From Mobula hypostoma (lineage: Eukaryota): a DNA stretch of 64,000 bases. Positions 38,291-51,673 of the stretch are shown here, one piece after another. Where the stretch lies: NCBI RefSeq assembly GCF_963921235.1, contig NC_086109.1, forward strand, positions 14,324,001 to 14,388,000. The letters run 5' to 3'. Numbering within the stretch: position 1 is the stretch's first letter; each line of letters starts with the position of its first letter. A model generated the notes under the pieces. It did no database searches. It had not been told where the DNA came from and saw only the letters and a list, made by a program, of their open reading frames with translations. The position numbers and the translations under genes were made by a program.

Positions 38291-39229
38291 TGTTATCTGT
38301 CAGTGCACAAAGGCTTCATGTTTTCTTCCCTAAAACATTGTGCTCACATTTGTACCCAATAACTCTGTTGGAATTGGTTTATTATTGTCATGGGTACAAT
38401 CAAAGATTATCTTGCATACTGCTCGTATAGAACAGATCATTGCCACAGTGCACTGAGGTTAAGGTTAAAGATTAGGTTTATTTCTCGCGTGTATGTTGAA
38501 ACATCTAAGCATACAGTGAAATGTGTTGTTTGCGTTAACAACCGACACATTCTGAGGATGTACTGGGGGCAGCCAGCAGGTGTCGCCACACTTCCCGTGC
38601 CCACAATTTGCCAACCTTAACCCATACTGTATGTCTTTGGAATCTGGAAGGAAACTGGGGAAACCCACACAGTCAAGGGGAGAATGTATAAATTCCTTAC
38701 AGAGAGTGGTGGGACTGAATTCCAATTGCTGGCCCTGTAATAGCGTTACGCTAACCAAACAGGGTAAAATAACAACAATGTGGAATAAGGGTAGATGAGC
38801 CACAATTCAGCATGAAACATAGTGGGCTGAATGGCTGTAAGCCTCTTATAATTCCACATCTTGTTTCTCCTCTTTCGTCCAACCACAGAGGTAACCAGAT
38901 TGAATTTTATCTGGCCTATGTCAACACAACTTTGCTTATAACATCAGTGGTTTGAAGGTCAAACAATAGATCACGAAGCTATGAGATATCCTCTCTTGTA
39001 AATGTCCCAGGAAGAGTGTATGTGATCAAAGCTGAGGTCTGGGCAATGACTATGGGCTGGGTGCTCAGCCAGAGTCAGGGTCAGTTACTTAATTTTTATA
39101 TCTCTATTTCTTATTTTAACATTTATGTGTTGAGCTGTACTGCTGCCACAAAACAATAAATTTCACAACATAAAGTCATGTCATTGGCAATAAACCTGAT
39201 TCTGACTCTGAATCACTGGAGCTCCATTG

Positions 39230-40010
39230 GATAAAGGAAATAAATGTGAAGGCTATTTTCTACACAGGGAGAAAATCCAAAAATCTGAGATACAAAGGAA
39301 CTTGAGAATCTTTGTGCAGAACACCCTGAAGGTCAATTTGCAGTTTGAGTCAGTTGTGAGGAAGGCAAAGGCAATGTTAGCATTCATTTCAAAAGATCCA
39401 GAATATATGAACAGTCATGTGATGCAGAGGCTTTATAAGCCACTGGAGAGGCATCACCTTGACTATTGTGAGCAGTTTTGGGCTCCTTATCTCAGAAAAG
39501 ATGTGCTGGCTTGGAGAGGGTTCACAAGGATGACTCCGGGAATGAAAGTGTTATCATATAAGGAACATTTGATGGCTCTGGCCCTGTGCTCACTGGAATT
39601 TAGAAGGATGAGGGGGAATCTCATTGAAACCTTTCGAATGTTGAAAGGCCTAGACAGAGTAGATGTGGAAAGGATGTTTCCCCTGATGGGCCAGTCTAGG
39701 ACCAGAGGGCACAGCCTCAGGATAGAGGGGCATCCATTTAAATCAGAGATGCAGAGAAACTTCTTCAGCCAGAGGGTGGTGAATTTGTGGAATTTGTTAC
39801 CACAGGCAGCTGTGGAGGCCAGGTCGTTGGATGTATTTAGGGCAGAGATTGATAGGCCCTTGATCGGCCATGGCATCAGTGGTTACAGGGAGAAGGCTGG
39901 AGAGTGGGGTTGAGGAGGGTAAAAGAAAGGATCAGCCATGATTGAATAGTGGAGCAGACTCGATGGGCCAAATGGCCTAATTCTGCTCCTATACCCTATG
40001 GTCTTATGGT
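39230..40010 (+). mobile_element. CR1 3' fragment
   Basis: ORF 39227..39913 is a CR1 ORF2 C-terminus, followed by a ctatggtcttatgg tail. Confidence 0.88.
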
Positions 40011-41335
40011 TTTATACAATGAGGCAAGCCCTGAATACTGCTGGAGATGGAGGATCTTCATTGCTGCCCTAAATGCCGGCGGTGTAACAGATAGTAAGTA
40101 AATACATGTCCTGTGAATGTATTATTGAATAATTATCACCACGCTAACCTAAAATCACAGTAGCCTCTTCAGTAAATCTATTAGAAATGAATAAATAAAT
40201 GAATATCCTGGCAAACAGTGAATGACACTTCAAATAAATAGCTCCATCTGCTCAATTATCCAAATGAGCAATTGTAATGCTTCAAAATTGAAAATCGTTA
40301 AAAAATTGTTATGTAAAAATTTAGATAGACTTTTTAAATAAAAAGAAAACACTTGCAGAAACAATTTAATAGCAAAAAAAAAGGCTCGGAGTATTTCGAT
40401 ACTGTGAGCAGAGACCATACAGGCCATTTTATTTAACACTAAATGCTTGTCAGATTGGTGAAGATGACATTAATTGTTGGTTCAATATTAAACATTTGTG
40501 ACATAGAAGAAGTTTAAAAAAATCAGCTTTATAATTTGATTAGATGACTTTATGTTGAAGTTGAAATAACATTTCATGCAATAATTAACATGCTGGCAAT
40601 TTCACCCCTCTGTTATTTGAACCATTTGGTCTAATGCCCTCATTAAACTGAAGAGAGGGAAGAAACGTGAGCCCAATACAAACCTTAGCGCCAAAGGCTG
40701 CTTTAGATCATCACTAGATAACAGCAATGATGAGAAGCTATGGTACTGAGCAAGGAGTGGAAGGAAAAGAAAGGTCTCTTTACATTAGACCAAGTACAGC
40801 AAGTAGATTTGGCAGGAGATTTTTTGTGAAGTTGAAAAATTCCATAATCCTATAATGTTTAAAAACTGAGTCCAAGAGTTTGAGAATTTTTACCCTACAT
40901 TTCTCTGCCAAGACATAATATCATTTTACTGTAATAACTTATCATATTTGGATACTGTAGTTTTGTTTCCCACAGAGGTATTTTGAATGTTGGTCTTAGT
41001 TCTTGCGATCCTGATGATAAACCAAAGAGACTTGAGACTTGACCAAAGAGCCAGCTATGCAGGCTTTCATGCCCAATAACATTCAGGGAAAAAAGGACTT
41101 TCTTTCATTATAACCACTTATCAAAACATTATCAGGGACAGCTGGTAGCTCCTGAGACTGTAACGTACCTTATCAGTACCTAGCCAATATGAGACGGGGT
41201 GCGGGGGGGGGGGCGGAATTGACTAAGTTCCAATATCGCCATGGCAAATGAAGTATTTACACTTAGTAAATGGAATACTCTGAAAGTTGAAGAAAAAAAA
41301 AATCACATCCCAAATGTTATCAGGACATGTTTATT

Positions 41336-41880
41336 GCAACACACACAAAATGCTGGAGGAACTCAGCAGCTCAGGCAGAGCCCATGGAGATGAACTAAGA
41401 GTCGACGTTTCAGGCCGAGACCCTTCTTCAGGACTGAAAAGGAAGGGGGAAGATGCTAGTGTAAAAAGGTGGGGGGGGGGAGGGGAAGGAGGATGGCTAG
41501 AAGATGATAGTTGAAGCCAGGTGAGTGGGAAAGGTGAAAGACTGGAGAGGAAGGAATCTGATAGGAGAGGAGAGAGGACCAAAGGAGAACGGGATCCGGG
41601 GGAGGTGATAGGCAGGTGAGAAGAGATAAGAGGCCGGAGTGTGGAATAGAAGAAGAGGGAAGGGGGGAGGGATTTTTTTTTAACCGGAAGGAGAAATCTA
41701 TATTCATGCCATGAGGTTGGAGGCTACCCAGCTGGAATACAAGGCGTTGCTCCTCCATCCTGAGAGTGGCCTCATCTTACCACAAGAGGAGACAATGGAC
41801 CCAAATGTCGGAAGGAGAATGGGAATTGGAATGAAAACATTTGGCCACTGGGAGGTCCTGCTTTTGGCGGATGGAGCAGA
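41336..41880 (-). mobile_element. Penelope 3' fragment
   Basis: EEQRLVFQLGSLQPHGMNIDFS followed by pLTR sequence. Confidence 0.82.
41400..41435 (-). ncRNA. Minimal hammerhead motif, intact core
   Basis: AGTC-CTGAAGA-AGGGTCTCGGCCT-GAAA-CG-TC-GACT. Confidence 0.7.
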
Positions 41881-42859
41881 GGAGCTTCCATTGGGTTCAC
41901 TGATGCTATTCAGGAGAGGAAATCAGCTCTCCTCACCTAGTCAGGCCCATCTGTGACTTTGGATGCAATGCGGTTGACACAAGAGACTGCAACTGTAGGG
42001 ATCATGCAGCATCTGTGGGGGGATGAGGGAGGAATTGATAATCTAACTGCTTGGCTAGACAATTGCATCAAAGGGCAATAAATAGTCATCTTACCAGGGT
42101 TGTAGACAGGGCATATTTAGTCGAACTGCTGCTCACTGCACCACAGACTCAGGTTCAATCCAAACCTCTGTCTGTGTGGAGTTTGCATGGTCTTCCCGTG
42201 ACGATACAGCTTTCCTCTGGATGCTCAGATTTCCTCCTGCGTCCCAAAGATGTGCAGGTCGGTAGATCAATGGCTACTGTAACTTGACCATCGTCTGTGG
42301 GGTAACGTAGAATCTGGGGCTAGGGTGTGTGGGAGTGAGCGGTTAAAGTTTGGTACAGATGAAATAGGCCAATGGGCAGGTTTCAATGTCATCCACTTTA
42401 ATGACTCTGCAAGTTGGGGAGAAATTTCTTTAATTTGTCAGAGTTAAGAATAGGGAACTTTCTATCAATGATGTGACTAAGGGAAAGCCAGAATAGGAAA
42501 CAGAGGGAGACACAAGAGACAACAGATACTGGAATCTGGAGCCAAAGAAATAAACAAATTGGTTCAGCAGAATATTGTGGGCCAAAGGGCCTGTTTCTGT
42601 ACTGTACAGTTCTATATTCTATCTTCTATGTTCTAAATTGCTGGAGAAACTCAGTGGCCAGGCAGCTTTTCTTGAAGGGAAATGGATAGTTGATGTTTTG
42701 GGCTCTGGACTGAAAGGTAGAAGGAAGATACTAGTATAAAAAGGTGAGGGGAAGGGATAGAGCAAGAGATTGGTGGATCCAGGTAAAGAAGGTGATAGGC
42801 AGATTGAGGAGGAAAGGGTGAAATTGGCAACAAAGGGATATGAGAGGGACAGTTGAATA

Positions 42860-43088
42860 GCATATCCCTTTTGCCAATCAACTGTCCAGCTCTTGGCTCT
42901 ATCCCTCTCCCTCCTGTCTTCTCCTATCATTTTGGATCTCCCCCTCCCCCTCCCACTTTCAAATCTCTTACTAGCTCTTCTTTCAGTTACTCCTGACGAA
43001 GGGTCTCGGCCCGAAACATCGACTGTACCTCTTCCTAGAGATGCTGCCTGGCCTGCTGCCTTCACCAGCAACTTTTATGTGTGTTGCT
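42860..43088 (+). mobile_element. Young Penelope pLTR fragment abutting an older opposite-strand pLTR (about 42630-42855)
   Basis: Near-identical to the reverse complement of 15448-15672. Hammerhead motif at 42989-43024. Confidence 0.82.
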
Positions 43089-43783
43089 ATTTCAGTGTTG
43101 TATGCCTCTATGATTCTATTCTCAAACTGAAGTCTGACACCAAGCTGTAGAGAGACGTTATGGGACATGGACAAAGACTTGATTAAAGAGGTAGCTGTTA
43201 GGGAGCATCTCAATGGAGGAAAGAATATTGGAGGGGTTTAGGGATGGAATATCAGAACTCAGTGAATAACCGGTAGAAGACATGATTGCGATAGTGATTA
43301 TAGTCAGCAGAGCCCACTAGGCTAGTACTGTTATAGCAAAGAGATGTTGAAGGCTCGTAGGCTTGAGAAGGTCAAAGGAATAGGGTGAGGCTGGGGAGGG
43401 GAGAAAATAATCTATGGAGGGGCTTCAAATCAATGGCTTTAGAATGGAAGGAAACGGTCACATTGACGGTTCATTTCCCTCCACAAATGCTGCTTGACCC
43501 ACTGGGTTCCTCATGCAGTTTGTTGTTTTTTTTCCCTTTAAAATAGAAGGACTAATTGAATGCAGGAGACTTGGCTCAAAAACTTAACTCAAGTGGGGAC
43601 ATTTGGTTTCATGTATGGAAGGCCATTACTGGAGGAAACGTAGGAAAACACTACTTGAAAGTCAGGAATGCAAAAAGTCAGAATCAAAATGGGGAAAAGA
43701 TTTAGAGAATGATAGCCAGTCTAAGGAATAACATCACTATGGTGACACAAGAGGAAGTTGGCATTGATTTATTCACAACCAAA

Positions 43784-44407
43784 TTAGATTTAGATTATGA
43801 AGACACGCAGTCCTCTTTTATTGTCATTTAGTAATGCATGCATTAAGAAGTGATACAATATTTTCTCCGGTGTGATATCACAAAACACAGGACAGACCAA
43901 AACTGAAAAAACTAACAAAACCACATAATTATAACATATAGTTACAACAGTGCAACAATACAATAACTTGCTGAAGAAGTCCGAGCACAGTAAAAGTTCA
44001 GTCTCTCAAATGTCCCACATCTCACGCAGACGAGAGAAGGAAGAAAAACTCTCCCTGCCATACCCAACCACGGTCCGACTCTGAGTCACCCGAAAACTTC
44101 GAGCTCTGATCAGCTCTCCGACACCGAGTACTGAGTGCCATCTCTATCCAAACAATTCGACCTCCTTCTCAGTCGCCAAAAGCAGGCAAAGCTGGGGATT
44201 TTGAGGCCTTCCCTCCGAAAGATTCCCGACAACACAGTAACGACAGCAGCGAATGAGCGTTTCAGGAATTTTTCCAGATGTTCCTCTGTGCTTTCATGTC
44301 CATCTCCATCAAATCAGAGTTGTCCACGGCCCCTATTTAACAGATACGATATCATTTTTCATGGGAGGGCTGCGCGTGCGCGACGCGCTGTTCTCTCTCC
44401 TCCCGCC
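43784..44407 (-). repeat. Non-autonomous retroelement with a Rex1-like AATAAA/(AATCTA) tail
   Basis: Plus strand begins ttagatttagatt...ttttattgtcatt. The interior is CpG-rich relative to the flanks, suggesting a young insertion. No recognisable ORF. Confidence 0.45.
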
Positions 44408-44829
44408 GTTTAATTGAATAGATTTTTCAATTAAAAATTCTGGTAAGATGGTGGTACTATCAGTCACAGTGGCTTCTCTGGTCTCAAACAAAGTTGTAAT
44501 TTTTCGTCCTTTCTGTCTTTTTTTATGATCGCCAGGCACTTCTGGATATTAAGAGCATTGAGTACTGCAGTTCTACCCCGCTGGTGAGCTGCTTGATAAC
44601 GTTGGAGCTGGACTTGTTGTGTGCCACGTTGCAGCCTGCTACAGCTATCCAAGGAGGAAAATATCAGAGGCTGTGTGCGGAGGCAACGTGCAAACCGACC
44701 AACGGCGCAAAGGATTGTCTTAGATGTTCTTCGTGTGATCGCAAGACCCTGTTGGACATTGGTAATGTAGAGTACTGCAAGTCTGGTTCACTGGTTCATT
44801 GGTGAGACTGACGATGGGTAGCTGCATGG

Positions 44830-45058
44830 TGATACACCTTCAGTTACTCCAAAAGACTGAAGTAGGGTAAATACTGAAAGGCTTTTATTCGCAGTAAAAT
44901 GTGACCTCCATGCTGAGTATCTGCCCGTGGACTGAGGGAGGAGCAATGGCGCAATCGCCTTTATTCAGGGTTCTGTGGGAGGAGCCACAGGAGCAGTCAG
45001 CAGAGGGGCGTGTCCAGACAGGTAACCCAGTTACAAGATATATATATGGTTTACCACA
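44830..45058 (-). mobile_element. Solo LTR (229 bp)
   Basis: Minus strand TGTGGTAAACC...GTGTATCA with internal AATAAA. 5-bp flanks CATGG / CACGG. A second copy is at 51442-51673. Confidence 0.78.
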
Positions 45059-46616
45059 CACGGCCTCGGTTTTTGCACAGAGGACAGAGGAGAATGGATC
45101 CAGCTGACAGGAAAGTGACAGTGACTCAGATAACCACGCATTACAACAGTGGCATGCAGAAGAGTATTTCTGAATTGCAGATCACATGGAACCTTGAAGC
45201 GGATGGGCTAAACCAACAGAAGACGATAAATGTACATTCAGTGGCCAACTTATTAGGTAAGAGGTAGCTAATAAAGTGGCTACTGAGAGCTTAAACCAAT
45301 CTGGCTATTCTCCTCTGTCCTCTCTCATTAACAAGATGTTTTCACCCACAGAACTGCTGATCACTGGATGTTTCTTACTTCGCACCATTCTCTGTAAACT
45401 CTAGAGACCTAATAACGTGGCTACAGAGTATAAATTGGGTATTGGGCCAGGGCCTTCATAAGGTTATCTTCCACTATGTACCCACTCCCACCTCCCCAGC
45501 CCACACAGAGAGTAGTGATTACAGACACAGACCATGAACCCAAGAGGTCTGTGTAAGTGTTTCCAGGCCACTTGAGCTGTTCTTCACTCTGCCGTCTCAT
45601 CCTCCTATTTCTCTGCAGGATTTCCTTTAATGTATGAATTCTCACAAGAGATTCTGCAGATGCTAGAAATCTCGATGAGGCGTCTCAGCCTGAAACGCCA
45701 ACTCTTTATTCCTTGCTGTAGATTCTACATGGCCTGCTGAGTTCCTCCAACATTCTCCATTAATACACTCTGCTTTAACCTCTCCCCATGGTAGTGAGCC
45801 ACCTGAGTTAGTACTATGATATTTTAGTTCAAGGTCATTATCAATACACGTGCAGGTGTGCACAGTTCCTGATGTCAAGTTTGCCAAACTAAGGAGGAAC
45901 ATTTAGTCTGGCAAAGGTGGTAGAGGGTCAGGTGACCATGACTTTGACACAAGATCCAAGGAGCCAAGTCATATCCTGAAAATTCCAAGCGAGCTTCCTA
46001 TGTTGTAAAGAAATCCCTCCCAAACTTAATCGGTTAGAATCAGAATCAGATTATCACTGGCTTAAATGACATGAACTTAGATATTGTCAATGGTTAATTT
46101 AAGTGAATGACCACCCAGGCCATGCTCTCTTCTCGCTGCTGCCTTCAGGAAGAAGGAGCAGGAGCCCCAGGACTCACTTCACCAGGTTCGGAAACAGTCG
46201 ATGCCCCTCAACCATCCGGCTGCTGAACCAGAGGGGATAACTTCACTCACTCCATCACTGAACTGTTCCCACAACCTATGAACTCACTAACACCACGCTG
46301 GGGATCAAGGCCTCTTCATCTCATGTTCTCAATGCTTCTTGCTTATTTATTTATTATTATTTTTTCTCCTGTATTTGCACAGTTTGCTGTCTTTTGCACA
46401 CTGGTTGTCTGCCCCCGTGGGTGTGGTCTTTCATTGGTTTTTGGATTTACTGAGTATGCCTGCAAAAAAATGAATCTCAGAGTGACATATATGTACTTTG
46501 ATAATAAATTTACTTTGAACTTTACTTCCTTTTCGCCGGCTCCAATCTCCCTTTTATTCTTGATTTCAAGTTATTTTTTAACCAGTGAACACGCCAGGCC
46601 TCCCACCTACCACCAA

Positions 46617-47360
46617 TAGAACATAGAACATAGAATAGTACAGCACAGTACAGGCCCTTCGGCCCACAATGTTGTGCCGACCCTTAAACCCTGCCTCCCA
46701 TATACCCCTCCACCTTAAATTCCTCCATATACCTGTCTAGTCGTCTCTTAAATTTCTCTGGTGTACCTGCCTCCACCACTGACTCAGGCAGTGTATTCCA
46801 TGCACCAACCACTCTCTGAGTAAAAAACCTTCCTCTAATATCCCCCTTGAACTTCCCACCCCTTACCTTTAAGTCATGTCCTCTTGCACTGAGCAGTGGT
46901 GCCCTGGGGAAGAGGTGCTGGCCGTCCACTCTATTTATTCCTCTTAATATCTTGTATACCTCTATCATGTCTCCTCTCATCCTCCTTCTCTCCAAAGAGT
47001 AAAGCCCTAGCTCCCTTAATCTCTGATCATAATGCATACTCTCTAAACCAAGCAACATCCTGGTAAATCTCCTCTGTATCCTTTCCAATGTTTCCACATC
47101 CTTCCTATTGTGAGGCAACTAGAACTGGACGCAGTACTCCAAGTGTGGCCTAACCACAGTTTTATAGAGCTGCATCATTACCTCGCAACTCTTAAACTCT
47201 GTCCTTCGACTTATGAAGGCTAACACCCCATAAGCTTTCTTAACTACCCTATCTACCTGTGAGGCAACTTTCAGGGATCTGTGGACATGTACCCCGTGAT
47301 CCTTCTGCTCCTGCACACTACCAAGTATCCTACTATTTACTTTGTACTCTACCTTGGAGT
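46617..47360 (-). mobile_element. CR1 3' fragment, same family as 24150-27900
   Basis: ORFs 46684..47118 and 47119..47316 closely match the C-terminus of ORF 26204..28003. Confidence 0.9.
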
Positions 47361-48803
47361 TCCCACTGAATTAGCAGTACAGCTTCTTTTTCTGTTACCT
47401 GCAGCTCGCGAACCATTCGGTCTCCTTCCATGGTCTTTTTTTCACTTGATGGCGTGTGCAGTGTTAATTTAAAACATGCAGCTGCTATTCGGGAACAACT
47501 GTGGGTCACCTCAGACAGAAGAGTTTTCTGTTTGCTCAGCTGTTTATCAAATTGCCTATTTACACCCTGCACTTCAATTAAGCCCAGTGGGCTTCCAGTA
47601 ATAGCTACAGGAAACTGAAGGACTGAAGATGAACAAGAAATTAATTATTTAGGGGCAGAGATGAGGGAAAAGCTGGAGTTGTAAAGTGTCTCCAGAAAAA
47701 ATCTTGAATTATTTCTGTCTTAATGCCATCAGTATCTCCAATCTTATCCCTTGGGGCTCCCTTGCATTGAGTTCAACTGGAGACTGATTAAGAAATGCCT
47801 ATTTTTGTACACTTTTCTGCCTAAGACTCTGGTTATAATATTTTCTCTCATTTATTGTTATTATGAGGGCTTTTCAAACAAAGTGAGATAATAGCAGATC
47901 AATAAAGGCCATTTTCCCCTATCAGAGCATGGACATGTCAATTGCTCTTTGCTGAATTATTCTATGTGTTCATTTAATGAGGCTATTAACTCAGAAAGTT
48001 ATGAATACACCCTCGTACCAACAACAGTCAATGTGATTTTGCACCCACTGGAATCTTATCCGCATTAAGCCATAACTTTGTCCTGGCAGCTTTCACTCTC
48101 CAACTAATTAAAGCTGAAGCTGACCTGGGGATATTTAATATGCATAAACGCACATGAAATAAGAAATTAGTCCAGTTTCTGACAAAGAAATGATCTTGTA
48201 TTGATCGGTATTTTAAAACAACAAAAAAATCAAAAGCAAAATCATATACAAATAAGATCCATTTTGATGGAATGGGCATAATCGGCCAAGCATCTTTGTT
48301 CTGTGATGTAAATGTTATCGAGGACCTTCCGGCCCTTCGAGCTGTGCCACCCAGCAACACCTGGATTTAATCCTTGGCCATTCATGGGACCAATTTACAA
48401 TGACCAATTAACCCACCAACCAGTACGTCTTTGGACTGTGGGAGGAAATCAGAGCACCCGGAGGAAACCCATATGGTCACGGGGAGAACGTACAAATTCC
48501 TTAAAGGCAGTCCCAGGTTGCCAGCACTGTAAGGCGTTGTGCTAACCACTACACTGCTTTAATTTAAATCCCCTCGTACCGTAGTGAAGTCAATGCCTGC
48601 GAGTCCAGGCCAGGGCTAGAGGTTGGAGGCCAGGAGGAGGTCTATCCTGGGGTGGGTGTGTGGGAGGAAGAAAAGGAAGCTTGCTTCAGTGTTATTGTTT
48701 CATTTTGTTGCTCATGTTGTTCTGCTGAACATCGTGGACATGCTGTGTTGGCACCGGAATGTGTGATGAAATTTGCTGGATATCCCCAGTGTGTCATTAG
48801 ATC

Positions 48804-49276
48804 TACTAATGCCCCTCCTCCCCCTCGTACCCCATCCGTTATTTATTTATTTATTTATTTTATATTTTTTTATATATATATATATACTGTACATATCTTC
48901 TTTTTCTCTCTCTCCTTTTTCTCCTTCTGTCCCTCTCACTATACTCCTTGCCCACCCTCTGGGCCTCACCCCTTCCCTTTTCGTTCTCCCTATGCCTCCT
49001 GTCCCATGATCCTCTCATATCCCTTTTGCCAATCACCTGTCCAGCTCTTGGCTCCATCCTCCCCCTCCTGTCTTCTCCTATCATTTTGGATCTCCCCCTC
49101 CCCCTCCCACTTTCAAATCTCTTACTAACTCTTCCTTCAGTTAGTCCTGACGAAGGGTCTCGGCCTGAAACGTCGACTGCACCTCTTCCTAGAGATGCTG
49201 CCTGGCCTGCTGCGTTCACCAGCAACTTTTATGTGTGTTGCTTGAAATTCCAGCATCTGCAGATTGCCTCGTGTTT
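48804..49276 (+). mobile_element. Penelope pLTR with tail, inserted in a SINE-like repeat
   Basis: Flanked by a TCATTAGATC duplication (48794-48803 and 49280-49289). Confidence 0.85.
49143..49178 (+). ncRNA. Minimal hammerhead motif, intact core
   Basis: AGTCCTGACGAAGGGTCTCGGCCTGAAACGTCGACT, identical to the motif at 2351-2386. Confidence 0.72.
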
Positions 49277-50432
49277 GCATCATTAGATCATGTTGGTTGT
49301 TAACGCAAACAACTCATTTCAATGTATGTTTCAAAGTACATAAGACAAGTAACTGAATCTGAATCTCAATAAATGGGAATTACACTGACCTCCAGATTAT
49401 TAACTGTTGCAGTGGCTACTAAAGCAGCCACTGGACTATTAAAGAGTCTGAGGACTTCCAAAGATCATGAAAGCTGCTGAATTTATTAAATGAGAAAAGA
49501 GGGTATAATTTTAGGATGATTGGAAGAAAGCAAGTTCTTTACACAGAGTGATGAGTGCACGGAACGCACTGCCAGGGATGCTGGTAGAGGCAGATACATT
49601 AGTGACATTTAAGAATCTGTTAAGTAGGCACATAGATGACAGAAAACTGGAGGGCTGTGCAGGTGGGAAGGGTTAGATTGATCTTAGAGTAGGTTAAAAG
49701 GTTGGCACAACATTGTGGGCTGAACAGCCCATACTGTGCTGTAATGCTGTATAATAATTTGCTTGATTATTACTTTAATCGATTTTTTTCACTTTATTGG
49801 CTCTTTGATGGAGGACAGTAATTTGGGTACCTTTTCGCTGTTGCGCAGAAGTTAAGAGACCTTGACAAAATTGCTCAGGATCCAAGCTTTGTTTAATATT
49901 TTATTTCAAGTTAAATTTAGTAAGAGACAGAGGAAATAATGAGCGTGCTTTCTAATGTTAACAATGCAGGTAAGATCCATTTAAACTACATCTAATAAGA
50001 AAGATTACTGCCCCACGGTAATAATTCCCGCTACAACAAACAATGTGTTGGAGGGACTCAACAGGCCGAGCAGCCTCCGTGGGGGGAAAGAGGGAGGATG
50101 GGAACAACTAATCCTTACATCAGGACTGAGAGTGGTGAGAGAAGACACAAAGAGGAGTTGGGAGACAAGAGCCAGACGTTATGGGAGGACAGAGGAAAAA
50201 TCGAGGGTGATGGGCAGATTGAGCTGGAAGGGAGAAGGGGAGGAGTGGATTTGGGAAACAGGTGGACGATAGATGGATGCAGACGGATTCAATTCGGAGG
50301 AGGGGAGGGGAGGGTGAAGATGGTTAGTTGGGTGATAAGCAAGAACACAAAGGGCTACCAGTGCTGGAATCTGTTAAGCAAGGGAGGTGAAAATGAGATC
50401 TATTAATGGAGAGATGTTGGACAGGTGGCTCC

Positions 50433-50725
50433 TCATTTCTTCCCACCCTCCACTTCCCTCTTGCCATATCTTAATCCGAAGGAATTCCAGTTGTACGTGG
50501 AGACATCCTTCTCTCTCTTCTCCAGCATCGCTAGCTGCAATGGCAGCTTATGTGGAACGAACCACATTTTACACGGCTCTCTACTGAGCTCCGAGTGTTT
50601 TCTGAAGAGATGGTAAAGAGGTTTCTTGAGAATCTGCATCCATTTGAAACTCCTAGACTGACTATGACATGGAGACCCGGGCTCCTCGACAAACGGCTCA
50701 GAGTTCAAGTCTTTGAAGATGCCAG
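50433..50725 (-). CDS. kiss1: Kisspeptin-1 precursor, last coding exon (contains Kp-10 [10 protein letters not shown] plus GKR amidation signal)
   Basis: Acceptor ATATTCACAG|CT is phase 1. Translation ends [28 protein letters not shown]. Kp-10 is at 50466-50495. Confidence 0.96.
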
Positions 50726-51441
50726 CTGTGAATATATAAGAAAGGAGCCACAACTTAAAATCAGTTTCAATCAGACAGTTAAACTCAGATGTGTGTATGT
50801 GTGAGATGTTCATAGCTTAACTCAGATGTCTCAAACTTCTTCCGCCCTCTGCTTAAGTGGAATAGAGTTTAATGTGCTCCTATATAACACACTCATGCTC
50901 TTTTTACACATGGAGTAGATCTTGTGAAGGTTGTTTTAATATTCAGAGAGGATCTTAAAGTCACTTCCTCCAGATATAAGCCACTGGTCAATTTGAATGG
51001 TTTCCAGTCTGGTGGTTCTGGGTTTAGACCCACTCCAAGCACAGTCCCAGTGCATAAGCGGACAGCAAGTTTATAAATCCGGCAGGAGCAAAGGATGCTG
51101 AGAATAGCAAAGACAGAGCGCCGTGGGAGGGGTGTGGGACAGATAACAGAGAAGGAGCGCCAGGGCTGGGAGACACACTCAGCCCTGGGACACCAGGCAA
51201 GGTCACTTGATTCCAAACAAGTTTATTGATCATTACAGAATGTCTCTCTGGTGTTTCCCGCTCCCTCCTCTCTCCCTCCCCCCTTCTCACTCTCAGTCCA
51301 CAATAGAGACTCATATCAGAATCAGATATATCATCACTCACATATGTCACGAAATTAGATTTTTTTTGTGACAATAGTGCAGTGTAATGCATAACATTTC
51401 TACAGTACTGTGCAAAAGTCTTAGGTGGCTAGGACTATAGG

Positions 51442-51673
51442 AGATGCACTATCAATTACTCCAAAAGACTGGAAGTAGAGTAAATACTGAAAGGCTTTTA
51501 TTAACAGTAAAATGGGTCCTCGTCCATGCTGAGTATCTGTCCCAGACTGAGAGAGGAGCAGTGGCACAATCACCTTTATTCGGGGGTCTGTGGGAGGAGC
51601 CACAGGGGCAGTCAGCAGAGGGGCCTGTCCAGGCAGGTAACCCAGTTACAACCTATATACATGGTTTACCACA
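51442..51673 (-). mobile_element. Solo LTR in the kiss1 intron
   Basis: Homologous to 44830-45058. 5-bp flanks ATAGG / GTAGG. Confidence 0.75.

Noticed and set aside
45926..45937. GGTCAGGTGACC as an estrogen response element for kiss1
   Set aside because: The spacer is 2 nt rather than the canonical 3, and it is a single motif with no other support.
47397..47432. Minus-strand MEGDRMVRELQ followed by GTAACA as a possible first exon
   Set aside because: Phase 0, not compatible with renin exon 2, and no recognisable homology.
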